A DNA stretch of 63,766 nucleotides, filler included, from Stramenopiles sp. TOSAG23-6 (taxonomy: Eukaryota): assembly GCA_900128565.1 (NCBI GenBank). It is 13 parts of 13 records of this genome, joined end to end, with 100 filler letters (N's around TTAATTAATTAA, not from the genome) between each part and the next. Parts side by side here need not be neighbours in the genome. Positions count along the whole stretch, not along the records: positions 19,734 to 24,555 come from LT637047.1; positions 24,656 to 29,468 come from LT637049.1; positions 29,569 to 34,377 come from LT637050.1; 10 more parts are not named here. One strand, given 5' to 3'. Below are positions 21,939 through 33,837 of the stretch, piece after piece (positions within the stretch are counted from its first letter, which is position 1; each line of letters begins with the position of its first letter). The notes beneath the pieces are model-generated. The model was not told the origin of the DNA and made no database searches. It saw only the letters and a program-made list of their open reading frames with translations. The position numbers were made by a program, and so were the translations under genes.

Positions 21939-23735
21939 TTAAGAAATAATACATCCACATCCTTTAGCAGTCTTATCTCTCCTTTGTGGAATATTTCTCT
22001 TCTGTGGACAAAGATCATCCACTGGCTCTGTTTCTTTATTTCCCTTCTGTGGACAAAGATCATCCACTGGATCTGTTTCTTTTTCTTTCAACTGCTCTGC
22101 TGCAGAAATTTCAGCAGAGTTTGAAGTATCTTCTTTTGTTGTTTCGACTTCACAATAGGTTAGGGTTAGGGGTTCTTTCGTTGTTTCAACTTCACAATCA
22201 GGTGTTGAAAGAGTAGAACTAACTTTCTTTTTCATTTCAACACTGTCAGAAATTTCAGTTTTCTTTGATTCTAGAGTTCTGATATTTTGCTCATCTTTTT
22301 GAACTTTTAATGCCTCACTTTTAGTCTTAATATTTCTTTTTTTGGAATTTGTCTTTGATGAATTTTTAGTATTACGCGACGTAGTTCGGGTAATGGATAT
22401 GCCGTTTTGTACCATAATTTGACATAATTCATCATTTACACAAACCTGCTGTTTTTCATCTAAAGAAAGTTGCATCGGAGAAAACATTTGTCTTGGTTTA
22501 GACGCAACAATATAATTTTTTTTTTCATGCTTTTGGTGTATTAATATATCAACCGCATTACGAGACACGTTGTTCAGGGTAATCAATGGAGTAACATTTG
22601 GAGCAACAGACGAAAATTTATGACCACCAGAGGTATGAGTGCTTGTAGTATCGGAATTTTTCTCTGTACAAACAGCTCGTCTCTCTTCGGTAGCTTTCAA
22701 TGCAGCAGCTTCTTCAGCAGCAGCTTTCTCTTCAGCAGCTTTCAATGCAGCAGCTTCTTCAGCAGCAGCTTTCAATGCAGCAGCTTCTTCGGCGGCTTTC
22801 AATGCAGCAGCTTCTTTAGCAGCTTTCAATGCAGCAGCTTTCAATGCAGCAGCTTCTTCAGCAGCAGCTTTCAATGTAGCAGCTTCTTCGGCAGCTTTCA
22901 ATGCAGCAGCTTCTTCAGCAGCAGCTTTCTCTTCGGCAGCTTTCAATGCAGCAGCTTTCTCTTCGGCAGCTTTCAATGCAGCAGCTTCTTCAGCAGCTTT
23001 CTCTTCAGCAGCTTTCAATGCAGCAGCTTCTTCGGCAGCTTTCAATGCAGCAGCTTCTTCAGCAGCTTTCAATGTAGCAACTTTCAGTGCTACCTCAGAG
23101 GCTTTCTCTATAGCAAACATTGACAATCCACTCGCAACATCTGCGGCTTGAATAGAAATATCTGCAGCAATGGCAGTGACACATTTTATATTTTGATTTC
23201 TCACATTTTCCAGCATAATTTTAGTCTTACGACGACAAATATATCCACGAGAGACAGACTGTAATTTCACTATACACTCAACTAAAACGTTGTAGTTGCA
23301 TGACTGGTGTTTTTTACTTTTGACTCTTTTCTTGTACCCGAAAGAAATTCGACGCCTTGAGTGTTTCTCTATTTTGACTAGAGTATCTGCCTGGCCTAGA
23401 GTTGGAAAGTCATCGTCATTGAAAGTTTTTATTTCTTTTTTAATAGGTACTTGCCTTTTTACATGAGATTGCTTCTTGATAGGCATTTGCCTTTGAATAG
23501 GCCTAGAATATTGGTCACTGGAAGAACTCCAGCGGTTACTTCCAGTATTTCTAGAACTATACGGATGTGAAGAGTATCCAGGTCTATCGATACGGTCTGA
23601 CGAATGTTTCTTTAACTGACCACCAATAGCACGTTCATGCGTTAGCTCTTTTGAGGAACCGACGATAGACTGTGCCCTTCTCACATCTGCCGCTGACTGA
23701 GCACGAAGCAAAGAATGCTCATAATCTACTGGCAT
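21939..23735 (-). CDS. Ala/Glu/Lys repeat protein with IQ motif and C-terminal CaaX
   Basis: LQSVSRGYICRR, (AAEEAAALK)n, ends GCGCIIS. Confidence 0.7.
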   Translation of the reverse strand: MPVDYEHSLLRAQSAADVRRAQSIVGSSKELTHERAIGGQLKKHSSDRIDRPGYSSHPYSSRNTGSNRWSSSSDQYSRPIQRQMPIKKQSHVKRQVPIKKEIKTFNDDDFPTLGQADTLVKIEKHSRRRISFGYKKRVKSKKHQSCNYNVLVECIVKLQSVSRGYICRRKTKIMLENVRNQNIKCVTAIAADISIQAADVASGLSMFAIEKASEVALKVATLKAAEEAAALKAAEEAAALKAAEEKAAEEAAALKAAEEKAAALKAAEEKAAAEEAAALKAAEEAATLKAAAEEAAALKAAALKAAKEAAALKAAEEAAALKAAAEEAAALKAAEEKAAAEEAAALKATEERRAVCTEKNSDTTSTHTSGGHKFSSVAPNVTPLITLNNVSRNAVDILIHQKHEKKNYIVASKPRQMFSPMQLSLDEKQQVCVNDELCQIMVQNGISITRTTSRNTKNSSKTNSKKRNIKTKSEALKVQKDEQNIRTLESKKTEISDSVEMKKKVSSTLSTPDCEVETTKEPLTLTYCEVETTKEDTSNSAEISAAEQLKEKETDPVDDLCPQKGNKETEPVDDLCPQKRNIPQRRDKTAKGCGCIIS

Positions 23736-23927
23736 TATTATTACTTCAACAATAAGGGATCTTGAAATATCTTCCTAAATACAATTTTTTAGAAGCTGCT
23801 CCGTAAAACGCAAGAAAATTGTACCTTGAAAACGACACTATGATTGTAAGCCTTTCCGAGAGGGTACGTGCCTGTAAATTGTATTGAGTATGTTCAATAC
23901 TATACGTAGAATTACGTAGCCTACGTG

Positions 23928-23997
23928 TAGTACTACCTCAAAAAATGATACCGAATTCGCGATAGTACTACCTCAAAAAATGATACCGAATTCGCGA
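23928..23997. repeat. 35-bp perfect tandem duplication
   Basis: TAGTACTACCTCAAAAAATGATACCGAATTCGCGA x2. Confidence 0.9.
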
Positions 23998-24089
23998 TGT
24001 CAAAAAAAAAGAAAAAAAAAAGGTTCGCGGGAAATGCATAATTATAAGATTTCGTGTAAAAACAAACAGAATAAAGTTAAATGAAACAA

Positions 24090-24472
24090 TCAATGTTTAT
24101 TTTTATCAGTAAAATCTCTATCAGGCATAACAATTGGAGCAACTATAGTCCATAAATACAAACCAAAGGTCAACCACACACATACAAGCTGTACCCACAT
24201 ACTTGTTCGGCTGACTCCATATTTTACTTTTTCTACCTCATTCACAGTAGAATTTTCTGGTATTTCAGCCCAATTTGTCAATATCATAGCCATATAAAAA
24301 GATGCCATCAAGAGAGTCATATGGAAAATAAAAGTTTTGGGTGATTCTGGACCGCAGCCAGTTTGCGATTGTTTTTCTTCTCCCTTTTCGTCTTCGTTTT
24401 TTTTTTCTTCTGTGTTTTTGTTTGATTTTGCCTTACCGACTTCTACCATTTCAGTTTCACCCGCAACAATAC
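24090..24472 (-). CDS. SERINC: Serine incorporator (Serinc/TMS1), last exon
   Basis: ASFYMAMILTNW...SMWVQ...LYLWTIVAPIVMPDRDF. Confidence 0.88.
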
Positions 24473-24818
24473 ATACATTGTAAAAAAAATATTTTTTTAG
24501 TTTTTTTTTTTTGTTAGGTACAAAATTTCGTATTAAAAAAAAATTATTTGAAAAANNNNNNNNNNNNNNNNNNNNNNNNNNNNNNNNNNNNNNNNNNNNT
24601 TAATTAATTAANNNNNNNNNNNNNNNNNNNNNNNNNNNNNNNNNNNNNNNNNNNNAACCTAACCTTTTACCCTAACCCTAACAACAAAACTAATGTAGTA
24701 TTTCGTGTTTTTATGGCAACTTCCGGGAACTTACGAATTCAAACAAAATATTATTATTATTATCGAAATTGAAAATTAAGAAACTTCACATCGATATTCT
24801 CACCCAATTACTTCGACT

Positions 24819-26975
24819 ATGTTTGATAGCGATGAAGAGCTTCGACATTATGCTTTCAATCCTAAAAGAACTCTTCGACACACGCCAACAAAGAAGTTTT
24901 CGTTATCAAATCCATATTTAGCAGAAAGTGTTCAAGACGCAGTGGAGGTGCTAAAGGTTGTTGATTCGAAGCCTGTTACACAAGAGGAGTATAGTATGTA
25001 TCAAAAGGCCCAAACAGACTTTGAACAATTTGTAAGACATAATGTACATCAAGGACTAGTTATGGAAGAATTAGAAAAGTCTTGGTGTGACAAAGAGGAT
25101 GAAGAGAATATACATACATATGCAGAGAGTGAAAAGTTGGCTTTCGTAGAGAAATTTCCGAGTAAGAGTAGCGACCGTGTCGTACTGAGTCATGTAAGTA
25201 ACAACGAATTACAATATCAGCATAGATATGAATATTACTCTCAACGAGATAAAGTGAATCCTACGACACCAAAAAGTCGCTCTATTCAACAATCAGCTAC
25301 TCTAGACAAGTCAAAAGAGACACCTTCGCGTCATTCTTACAAGGATTGTGAAGCTTATTTTCAGCAACAAAAGACAACAATAAAGAAAAAAAAGACATTT
25401 GAGGAAATCAATAGTGATGCAAAATATGCTTTCAATCCAACAATGCAGTTACAAAGAACACCTACAAAAAAAGAAATCAGTCCAACAAGACAGTTACAAA
25501 GAACACCTATGGTAAAAGAAATTCAGAGACCATCATCGAGTGGACATGGTGTTCATATAAAAAAAGACGAAAATAACATATTCATTAATATTTCTGGGAA
25601 ATATTCCGGATCTTTGCGCGTTTTAGAAGATACACAAAACATGAATGACCATAAACACAATACACGTGGGAGAAATAGAAAACAAAAAAAACGTAAACAA
25701 AAGAAAAAACACAAAAAACAAACTAGAGAATTTCCAACAGCCGATAGTGATCTAAAGTTGGAAATTGTAGGTATGAAAATGAAGCTTCAACCTCCTCCAA
25801 TGGTTAATTCGCCCATGATAGTACACATTGATAGACATAGACCTGATAAAACAAAGTATAAAAGAAATAATTGTAATGTGGATGTATCATCGAATGATGA
25901 TGGAGAAATCCAAAAGAATTGTAATGCACCTGAATCATCGATTGATGATGAAGAATTCCAAAGTACTCAAAATAAGAACTTGGTTCAAAGTTTTGATGAT
26001 ACTATTGATAGTATTGATAGTAGTACAGATTTTCATGCTGATTTTAGTATAGAAAGAAATTTGGATAATTTTACTGATACTTTCCAAGACAAAGATTCAT
26101 CGTTAAGTTCAAATTTAAGTACAAATATATTCCGGTATAATGATTCATTTGGAGATATTTCTGATGATGACTATTTAGATTTAAAAAAAATGGGAGAATT
26201 CCAACAACAAAATAAATATAAGAGATGTCCTAGTGTTAGTCCAACGAGTGCTTTGCGTAATTTGGAATTTGTTGAAGAGACGAAATTGAAAGTCGATGCA
26301 AATGTCGATTTTCTTTATCGAAAGAATAATAAAAGAAATACGTGTAAACATGACGATATAAGTGTGTCTACCGCGAATCTTGTACTGCAGAATTCACCTG
26401 GGCAAATACCGAAAAAAGATTCAAATGAAATTAAAAATCAACCTAGTAGTAATAAACATTTGGATAAAATGACAATATTAGATTCGAACAACACAAAAAG
26501 TGTTAGTGTGCAAACAGAACAATCAAACAAAACAAACAAAACAAACAAAACCAATGATATGATACAAAAAACCAACGATATGATACAAAAAACTGCAATT
26601 TTTCTTGCGGTAGAAAATGATGTATTATTTAATGAAGTTATTCGACTTCGTTATTTATTAGGTAAGAAACATCCTGTTGAACCAACTCAGTCAAGTCGTG
26701 CTAAGAATATTCCACTCTCAAGAGATTTAGTCAAACGAGAAAAAATAAGCTATGATAATATGCCAAATGAAAAACGGCGCCATGTGGTTACACCTGAATC
26801 GTGTATATATTTAGTAGAGGTTTTTGAAGTCGTGACTCCACAATGGGGAATTTTTGTCCAATATTATCAACCGCATTCTCATCGGACTTGGCGTACGGGA
26901 GTCATTCCGTGTGATGGTAATGACGTACGTTTTCATCATCTCATTTTTGTTTTCATAGAAAATTCTGTACCTAAC

Positions 26976-27008
<33 letters not shown>

Positions 27009-27749
27009 CCCCCAAAATGGATTGCCTCAGTACATCATCAAAAACGGAATCAAAAGCGGTTCAAGATTCTCATAGAAAAAAAATATCAAATTTTGGTAAA
27101 AATATATCACTAGAGTTGTTGTTACCATATGAGCAACCAATGGTTCATCACCATGATCACTCTACTACAAATGTAACTTCAGAAACTTCAATGAATTACT
27201 ACAAATCACACAACCCTAACACATTAAATACTACATCAAATACTACATCAAAAAGTCGGATTCATGAAAATGAGAGAGATGATAATATTTTTGTTCCGTC
27301 TTTTTCAGTTTCTTCTATATATCCCAAAGGTAAAAGAATGAATGTTTTATTTTTTTTCAAATTCCAATTTTTTTTTCGTACGAAATTTTGTACCTAACAT
27401 TTTGTTTTGAAATATTTTTCCAAAATACATAGATAGATCGTGGTTGTTTGAGCGACCATTAATCGTACAGTTTTTATTTATCATGGCAAATGTACAAAAT
27501 ACACAGAAATTTCAAGTTGAAATTAGTGTATTTGAAATTAAAACTCCAAGAGGAATTGAAATAATTGCGAAACACACACACACTGGGGAAATTGAAATGT
27601 GGATCGCTCTTGCTGAAAATAGTAATATGATTGATTCAATTTTTAACTTTAAAAATACGTCAAATAATAACCCCTTTTTAAACGCAATGTGGCAAAAACT
27701 CTGTAAATTATTGCGTTGGGGCACTGGTTCGAGGTTACCTATTCATTAG
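24819..27749 (+). CDS. Unknown low-complexity protein; exons 24819-26924, 27023-27339, 27431-27749
   Basis: Three ORFs joined in frame by removing family introns 26925-27022 and 27340-27430. Confidence 0.65.
27340..27430 (+). mobile_element. Introner-like intron GA..AT (91 nt)
   Basis: AT|GAATGTTTT...AAAATACAT; an in-frame GT-AG alternative (27330-27432) also exists. Confidence 0.7.
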
Positions 27750-28018
27750 ACGGATTTGTAAAGAAGTTTTTAACATAATTGTAAACTTGTTTTACATGTG
27801 ACAAATGTGGCAAGATAGATTAAGTACATATATGTACATAAATAGCATAAAAAATAGTACAAATAAATAGTTTATTACAAAAAATTTTGAAAACATTCTG
27901 ACATGATAAGAGTATACATAGTAATCCTCTTATGTATCACATGGATACAGTACACGTGTAATAATTTCATACGATAATTTCATAATATACCATAGTATGG
28001 AAATATCATCTAGTTTTT

Positions 28019-29323
28019 CTAATTCCCAACTTCAAATACAGTGTTTCTAGTGACACTGGTTAGTTCAGCAGATTCTTTTTCCATGCTATCGGTGCGTTTT
28101 CTTTTGCGTTGACTTGCTGCTTTACTATTTTTTTTCCATAAATAGCTAAGCATATGCATACAAGCTTCATTATCTTCAATCCATATAATAAATCGTGTTA
28201 ATTGATCTGGGCGCATCACATTCATAATATCTTCAAGTTTTCGGCGGTTATACGAAGCAAAAACTCGCGCATCAAGTTGTTCTATGAGAGCTACGAGAGC
28301 TGGAATATCTTCTCTCTGCTCCTTTACTCGGTCTCGTTTGGCTAAAATAGTTTTCTGCTGAAGTTCAGATAAATCCATTTGCTTGCAAAGCATATCCCAT
28401 AAACCAAGATATGGTGCTGAAGACGATCTGGGCGTTGGAGTATCAGTTGTTTCTGGGGATGTACTTTCAACAGAACTTTCCCCAGTGTAAAAATCATCTT
28501 CTTTGTCTAAAGTCCACACACACATCTTTGTCACCATTGATGGAAGAAGGAGCCTCTTTAATTGGTCGATATGAAATCGAACATCTGCTTTGCGAGAGTT
28601 GCCAAAGTCTGCAAATTGAGCAGTATGTTGGGCTAAAATGGAACGCATCCGGCAATTCCATTGTTCTTCACGCGCCTTTCGACGTTGCTTGCAAGAGGCA
28701 GAATCACTTTCTGATGGCTTTGGAAACTTTTTCATATCATGCAGTATTCTTCTCAGTTCCTGCAATTGTGACAACCTATTCTCTTCATTTTTATTCAGAA
28801 GTTTTTTTTCGCTAGCAAGACTACTGGCTGTATCTGGATTCTGTAAAAACTTAATTTGCTTCTGTAATTGTGCGTTTTGATTTTGAAGGGACGCAACTTG
28901 GTCCTCCAACTCGGAAAGTCGTTCCTTCTTACGTTTCCTAAAGTTTCGAGCAATTAGTTTCTGCTTTTCACGACGAACTTGTAATTTCTCCTCTCCAGAA
29001 AGCTTCTGCGTTGAAACAGTAAGCTTCACATCTGGAGCGGAAGTTTCAGCCTTCACACAACGCTGCTTCACTGGAGGATGTTTAGGGCTCACGGGACCAT
29101 TCGAAAATCCCATCAATGAATCAGACGATTGTAATCGGTTAAGGGCTTGGGGGGATACTGAAGACGCCCCAGGAAATAACTCGTTTCCGTTTAGCATCAT
29201 CCAGCTAAATATATCATTATCTACAGCACTCATTACTCCGGTATCATTATTTTTTGCCGGAGTGTCTCCGACAAACTCTAACGCCTGATGAAATATTTCC
29301 TGGTCATCTTCGTGTTTCATCAC
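28019..29323 (-). CDS. bZIP transcription factor
   Basis: RREKQKLIARNFRKRKK plus leucine heptads. Confidence 0.85.
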   Translation of the reverse strand: MMKHEDDQEIFHQALEFVGDTPAKNNDTGVMSAVDNDIFSWMMLNGNELFPGASSVSPQALNRLQSSDSLMGFSNGPVSPKHPPVKQRCVKAETSAPDVKLTVSTQKLSGEEKLQVRREKQKLIARNFRKRKKERLSELEDQVASLQNQNAQLQKQIKFLQNPDTASSLASEKKLLNKNEENRLSQLQELRRILHDMKKFPKPSESDSASCKQRRKAREEQWNCRMRSILAQHTAQFADFGNSRKADVRFHIDQLKRLLLPSMVTKMCVWTLDKEDDFYTGESSVESTSPETTDTPTPRSSSAPYLGLWDMLCKQMDLSELQQKTILAKRDRVKEQREDIPALVALIEQLDARVFASYNRRKLEDIMNVMRPDQLTRFIIWIEDNEACMHMLSYLWKKNSKAASQRKRKRTDSMEKESAELTSVTRNTVFEVGN

Positions 29324-29649
29324 AGGGTTTAGATCTGTCTCAACTATCAGAGCTTATCGAAATGAACTAATTATCAGCAGCTGACGACAACAACTAGAGT
29401 CTTTGACTGGGAGTGGAATTCGAGACTGTGTTTCGAGAAATTGCAAAGAAAAGAACAGCGCTGAAATANNNNNNNNNNNNNNNNNNNNNNNNNNNNNNNN
29501 NNNNNNNNNNNNTTAATTAATTAANNNNNNNNNNNNNNNNNNNNNNNNNNNNNNNNNNNNNNNNNNNNTTTTTTTTCAATTTCCAATTTATTTTTCGTAC
29601 GAAATTTTGTACCTAACGATTTTTTTTGAGATATTTTTCCAAAATACAT

Positions 29650-32600
29650 GTGCCTGATGAAAAAGAAGCAAAGGCTTCAGTTCTGCGGCGACTAGAAAAA
29701 CGATATGAACCCAAGCGTGTGAAGAAAAGGAAACAAAAACAAAAAGAAGGACGTGGTACAAAAGAAAGCGTGAAGAGGAAAAGAATGCGTCGAAAAAGAA
29801 AACATTTAAAACGACTTTTTAATTTAGCTAAACCCCGACCAACAATTGTAAAAGGCGATATTACGACGTATCCGAAAAGTCTCCGACCGCCGACTGCAAT
29901 ACTGAAAGAAAAACAAGAACAAATTCTTTCAGAAAAAGCTCGGCTGGGTAAGGTGCCGACAAAACTTCCGGCAGCTATTAAAATATGGGAACGGAACCCA
30001 GAATGGAAGTTCAAAAGATCAAGAAACGATGAAATGGGGATTTTGCGTGATAAAGATGGTAAAGAAATACCGAAAGAAATTGCTGTAGATGCGGTAGTGA
30101 TTAGTTATAATGGCCTTCGACATTTAGTAGTCTATAATGGGGCATGGTTGGGACCTACAATATGGAAACCAAATTCTCGCGGGCGATGGAAATGGGAACA
30201 TTTAGCTGATTTGCGTTGGGAATTTTCAAAAGATTCCCCAAATAAAGGCATGCCATTCACTGTACAACATGTACCTAGACTGGACTTTAAGGATCCTGTA
30301 AATCCTGAGTACCCAAGTAGCGATGACGATATTTTAATTCGTCGAGCGCGACGAAAGAGAGCAGCAATGAAGAAACGTGACATTAATAGGAAACATAAAC
30401 AATCTGAACATTTTGATTTTCCACCCCGTCAAAGTAATCAAAGTGCCGAAGATCCAGAAGATGAATATAATGATGATAGCGATATGGAAATCTCGGTGAT
30501 TGAAAAGCAAAGGATCCGACGAAAAAAACATGCAGAAGCTCGATTGGAAGTAATAAACGGTGATAGACCTGATTTCAATGAAGGAGACAAAGCAAGTTGT
30601 GGCCCATTTGCAGATGAAAAATATTTATCAGCTACGGAGAAACAAAAGAGAGAAAAACTTTGGGCGAAATATCCATTTCTTGAAACTGAATACAAAAAGG
30701 TACAGCGGGAACGCAACTTAAAGGCAAAAGATGAAGCACTGAAAGAGCTTTTATATAAAGCACTTCAACTGAAAAATTCAAAATCGACAAAAGACGTAGT
30801 GTCTAGTAAAGTCGAAGCAAAAATAGTTCTTGAAATTTTCAAATTCTTTCCACACAGACGTTCTCGAGATATCGCAAAGGCTGTTAAAACAGCAAAGCAT
30901 AAAATCCTACATTTAAAAGATAATATTTCACAGCAGCGTTTACTTGGTGTGAGAACATTTTTGGAAACTTTGCAGGAAAGTATGCCTTCTCGCGTACTTG
31001 AAAATAATACATCTATAGGTGACTCTAGCTTAGATCCTGATTGGCTCAAATGGAAAAAGAAACGGTTAAAGGCAGCAAAAAAAAGAATTTCAAAGCAAGG
31101 GGGTCCAACAGATCTTAGTCAGGAAAGTTTTCAGATGCGAATGAAAGCGAAAGATGAAGAAAAACTAAAACAAAAAACATTGGATGAAGATGGGTTAAAT
31201 AATACAGGAGCCTTTAAATGGGAAAAGGGGGGGGGTGATGGAGGAAGTAGTGATGATGATGATGATAAAAAACAAAAGAATCCGAAAGCACCCAAAACAC
31301 TTACAGCAGCTAAGGATGATGCAAATGACGATGATTTAGATTTAATAGAAAAACGTTCAGCTGCAAGATTATTGAAAGCATTACCGCCAAAAAAACGAAG
31401 AGCATTACAAAACTTTGTGGCTACTATTTACACCGAAACTAAAGACTTGGTCAGATATGTATGTTTTATTTTTTTTCAATTTCGAATTTATTTTTTTATA
31501 GGAAATTTTGTACCTAACGATTTTTTTTTGAAATATTTTTCCAAAATACATGATCAAGCAATTGCTATACGACGGCATACAGTGCGTATATACCATGAAG
31601 CCGTTCAATTGGGCAAAATGCAAGAAATGACATTTCCCCCTAACTTATCTACTGTCGAAAGAAAAATAGTTCATAAAATGGCGGACATTCTAGGCATGAC
31701 CAGTGATTCCAAGGGTAAAGGTAATGATAGAACAGTCACAGTGTGTTGTGAACCTAATGAAAAGGAAATTTCATCTGCAGTTGAAGCTGCAAGAACTTCC
31801 GTTGAGGCAAAAAAGACGACAGTAGCAATGTCACAACTTCCAAAGTCAATTTTTGAGACACTGAGTCAGTTCATAAAGAAGTACCACGCGAAGCCACGAT
31901 ACACTGCACAGGCATACTCCATATGTGGGAAATTGATCAAATTTCGTGAAAATGTTGTGAGAATCGGAAAAGCAGGTTTTGAAAGCACATGTCAACTGCC
32001 TTGTTCATATGATACAGAAAGGAGGTATATGGTACACAAAATGGCTAAAATGCTTGGGATGTCAAGTGATACTATACGCGACAGTTCTGGAGCACGTCGC
32101 GTAGAAATTCACTTTACCCTTCGAGAGTCTGAATTGATTGCATCTAGGGAAATGTTGGCAAGTATTGAGAAGAAAAGGAAAGAAAAGATCCAGAAGCGAT
32201 TTGACGAACTTTCAACTCCATTACAACACAAGCAACTGCCACGTATTCATCGAAGAAATCCAAGGAAAATCCGAGAAAAAATACGACAGGCAAACATTGC
32301 TAGGTGCCAGGCAATGCGTTGGGAACAGGCACGCAAAGTTGATAATACTTGGGGTGGGCCAAGATTGTCAGGTCCTGAGCGATGGCGCGACGAGGTAGCT
32401 GGTTTCGCGAATAATGTATTCAATTACAAGTTGGATGAACTAAAAAAGGAAGTTGAAAAGTCAACACGATTAGAAAAGACAGGTATGGATAAACTTCAAA
32501 GTATATGTGAAACTAAACAGCAAAAGTGGGGGAAACAGCGCCGAGTATTGAAAGCGAATAAGGTATACAAGGGAGATCCTTCAAATAAGCAAAGTGTATT

Positions 32601-33837
32601 TGGAAAAGCAGCGAAAAAGAATAGAAAAAGAAGGGCGATGAATAATAAAAAAGTAAAACAATTCCGCGAACGTGCTCTTAGACTTAAGCAAGAACAAGCG
32701 ATAATAGATCGTGAAGTAGAACTACAAGGTAAAGCTGCGTTTGCTTATTTTGAAGCAAAGTCTAATGCACCTCTGCAAACGACGAAACCGATGAAACAAC
32801 AAAATTTTATGCAATTTACAGAATGTAATACTAATCATAATAAACCAGAAAAGAAAATGTACATGGGGATACCCGAAGAGCGTATCATTGCTCGCTCTAA
32901 AGCAAAATTGAAAGCAACGCGGCCTATTGAAAAACAACATTATATGTGTACGACACAATCTCAGAAGAAGCGGTTGGAAACTGAAAAAATGTCTTATATG
33001 GGCAGAATAGTTAAGGGAAAACGCAAGGCTTCTTCGGAAGAAAATACAAAAGCTTCTAAAACACTCAAGGATATGCGAGCGCAGAAGACTTTGAAGAATT
33101 CATCATTAGTGAAAAAGAATCAAACACAGCAAAACGAGAAAATAAAAAAAACTGCAGTGGAGAAAGAGTCGAAAAAGACTGAGGCGGAGAAAGACACAAA
33201 GAAAACAGAAAGAATTGAGGGCGGAAAAGTATCAAACGAAGCAAATGCATATGATGATGATACAGATGAATTTGAAGATTCTTCTGATGTGTTAGTTCAG
33301 GTAAACAAAAAGACTACGGATCAAGAGTTACGCCCTATGCACATTATTCCAGAATTTCAAATGCATGTTCGTGTTACTTCTTCGCGACTTGCAACACCAA
33401 TCAGAGCTTCAAGTCGTCGTGTTGTATCATCTCATGGTCAATCAACACCAACTCGTGCTGTCAGTAGTCATTTAAAATCTAGTGTATCACCGCGTCCGTT
33501 TTCAAATAGAAATTCACTCATCATCAAAGAGGAAGATACAAAGGAAGAAGATGTAAATGCTGAATCTAATAATGAAGATATCACTACAACAAATATAGAG
33601 ACCCCAGTGAAAAATATTGGATACGCAATTGCATTATTTGACCATGCTGCAGAGGAGGACACCGAACTAAATTTCCCTGAGGGTGCTAGGATCATTGTTC
33701 TAGAAAAACGTGGCGAGTGGTATATTGGTAAATACAATGGAATGACTGGAGAATTTCCAGGTAATTATACAAATCTCTTCCTAAATAATGATGCTTCATT
33801 TGTATCCAGAATTACTAAAGAAATCGACAAATTGTAA
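29650..33837 (+). CDS. Large basic protein with two R3H domains and C-terminal SH3 (5' truncated; intron 31459-31551)
   Basis: FPPNLSTVERKIVHKMA, ERRYMVHKMA, AIALFDHAA...ELNF...EWYIG...GEFPGNY. Confidence 0.8.
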   Translation: MPDEKEAKASVLRRLEKRYEPKRVKKRKQKQKEGRGTKESVKRKRMRRKRKHLKRLFNLAKPRPTIVKGDITTYPKSLRPPTAILKEKQEQILSEKARLGKVPTKLPAAIKIWERNPEWKFKRSRNDEMGILRDKDGKEIPKEIAVDAVVISYNGLRHLVVYNGAWLGPTIWKPNSRGRWKWEHLADLRWEFSKDSPNKGMPFTVQHVPRLDFKDPVNPEYPSSDDDILIRRARRKRAAMKKRDINRKHKQSEHFDFPPRQSNQSAEDPEDEYNDDSDMEISVIEKQRIRRKKHAEARLEVINGDRPDFNEGDKASCGPFADEKYLSATEKQKREKLWAKYPFLETEYKKVQRERNLKAKDEALKELLYKALQLKNSKSTKDVVSSKVEAKIVLEIFKFFPHRRSRDIAKAVKTAKHKILHLKDNISQQRLLGVRTFLETLQESMPSRVLENNTSIGDSSLDPDWLKWKKKRLKAAKKRISKQGGPTDLSQESFQMRMKAKDEEKLKQKTLDEDGLNNTGAFKWEKGGGDGGSSDDDDDKKQKNPKAPKTLTAAKDDANDDDLDLIEKRSAARLLKALPPKKRRALQNFVATIYTETKDLVRYVCFIFFQFRIYFFIGNFVPNDFFLKYFSKIHDQAIAIRRHTVRIYHEAVQLGKMQEMTFPPNLSTVERKIVHKMADILGMTSDSKGKGNDRTVTVCCEPNEKEISSAVEAARTSVEAKKTTVAMSQLPKSIFETLSQFIKKYHAKPRYTAQAYSICGKLIKFRENVVRIGKAGFESTCQLPCSYDTERRYMVHKMAKMLGMSSDTIRDSSGARRVEIHFTLRESELIASREMLASIEKKRKEKIQKRFDELSTPLQHKQLPRIHRRNPRKIREKIRQANIARCQAMRWEQARKVDNTWGGPRLSGPERWRDEVAGFANNVFNYKLDELKKEVEKSTRLEKTGMDKLQSICETKQQKWGKQRRVLKANKVYKGDPSNKQSVFGKAAKKNRKRRAMNNKKVKQFRERALRLKQEQAIIDREVELQGKAAFAYFEAKSNAPLQTTKPMKQQNFMQFTECNTNHNKPEKKMYMGIPEERIIARSKAKLKATRPIEKQHYMCTTQSQKKRLETEKMSYMGRIVKGKRKASSEENTKASKTLKDMRAQKTLKNSSLVKKNQTQQNEKIKKTAVEKESKKTEAEKDTKKTERIEGGKVSNEANAYDDDTDEFEDSSDVLVQVNKKTTDQELRPMHIIPEFQMHVRVTSSRLATPIRASSRRVVSSHGQSTPTRAVSSHLKSSVSPRPFSNRNSLIIKEEDTKEEDVNAESNNEDITTTNIETPVKNIGYAIALFDHAAEEDTELNFPEGARIIVLEKRGEWYIGKYNGMTGEFPGNYTNLFLNNDASFVSRITKEIDKL
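31459..31551 (+). mobile_element. Introner-like intron GT..AT (93 nt)
   Basis: Near-consensus copy; first two downstream AGs are out of frame. Confidence 0.85.

Noticed and set aside
22620-23151. Plus-strand Ser/Phe/Ala repeat ORFs
   Set aside because: Antisense shadows of the AAEEAAALK coding repeat; the same applies to 14426-14762 and 40958-41270
31457-31549. Classical U12 AT-AC introns
   Set aside because: No ATATCCTT donor or TCCTTAAC branch site; the upstream AT varies between copies while the downstream AT is constant
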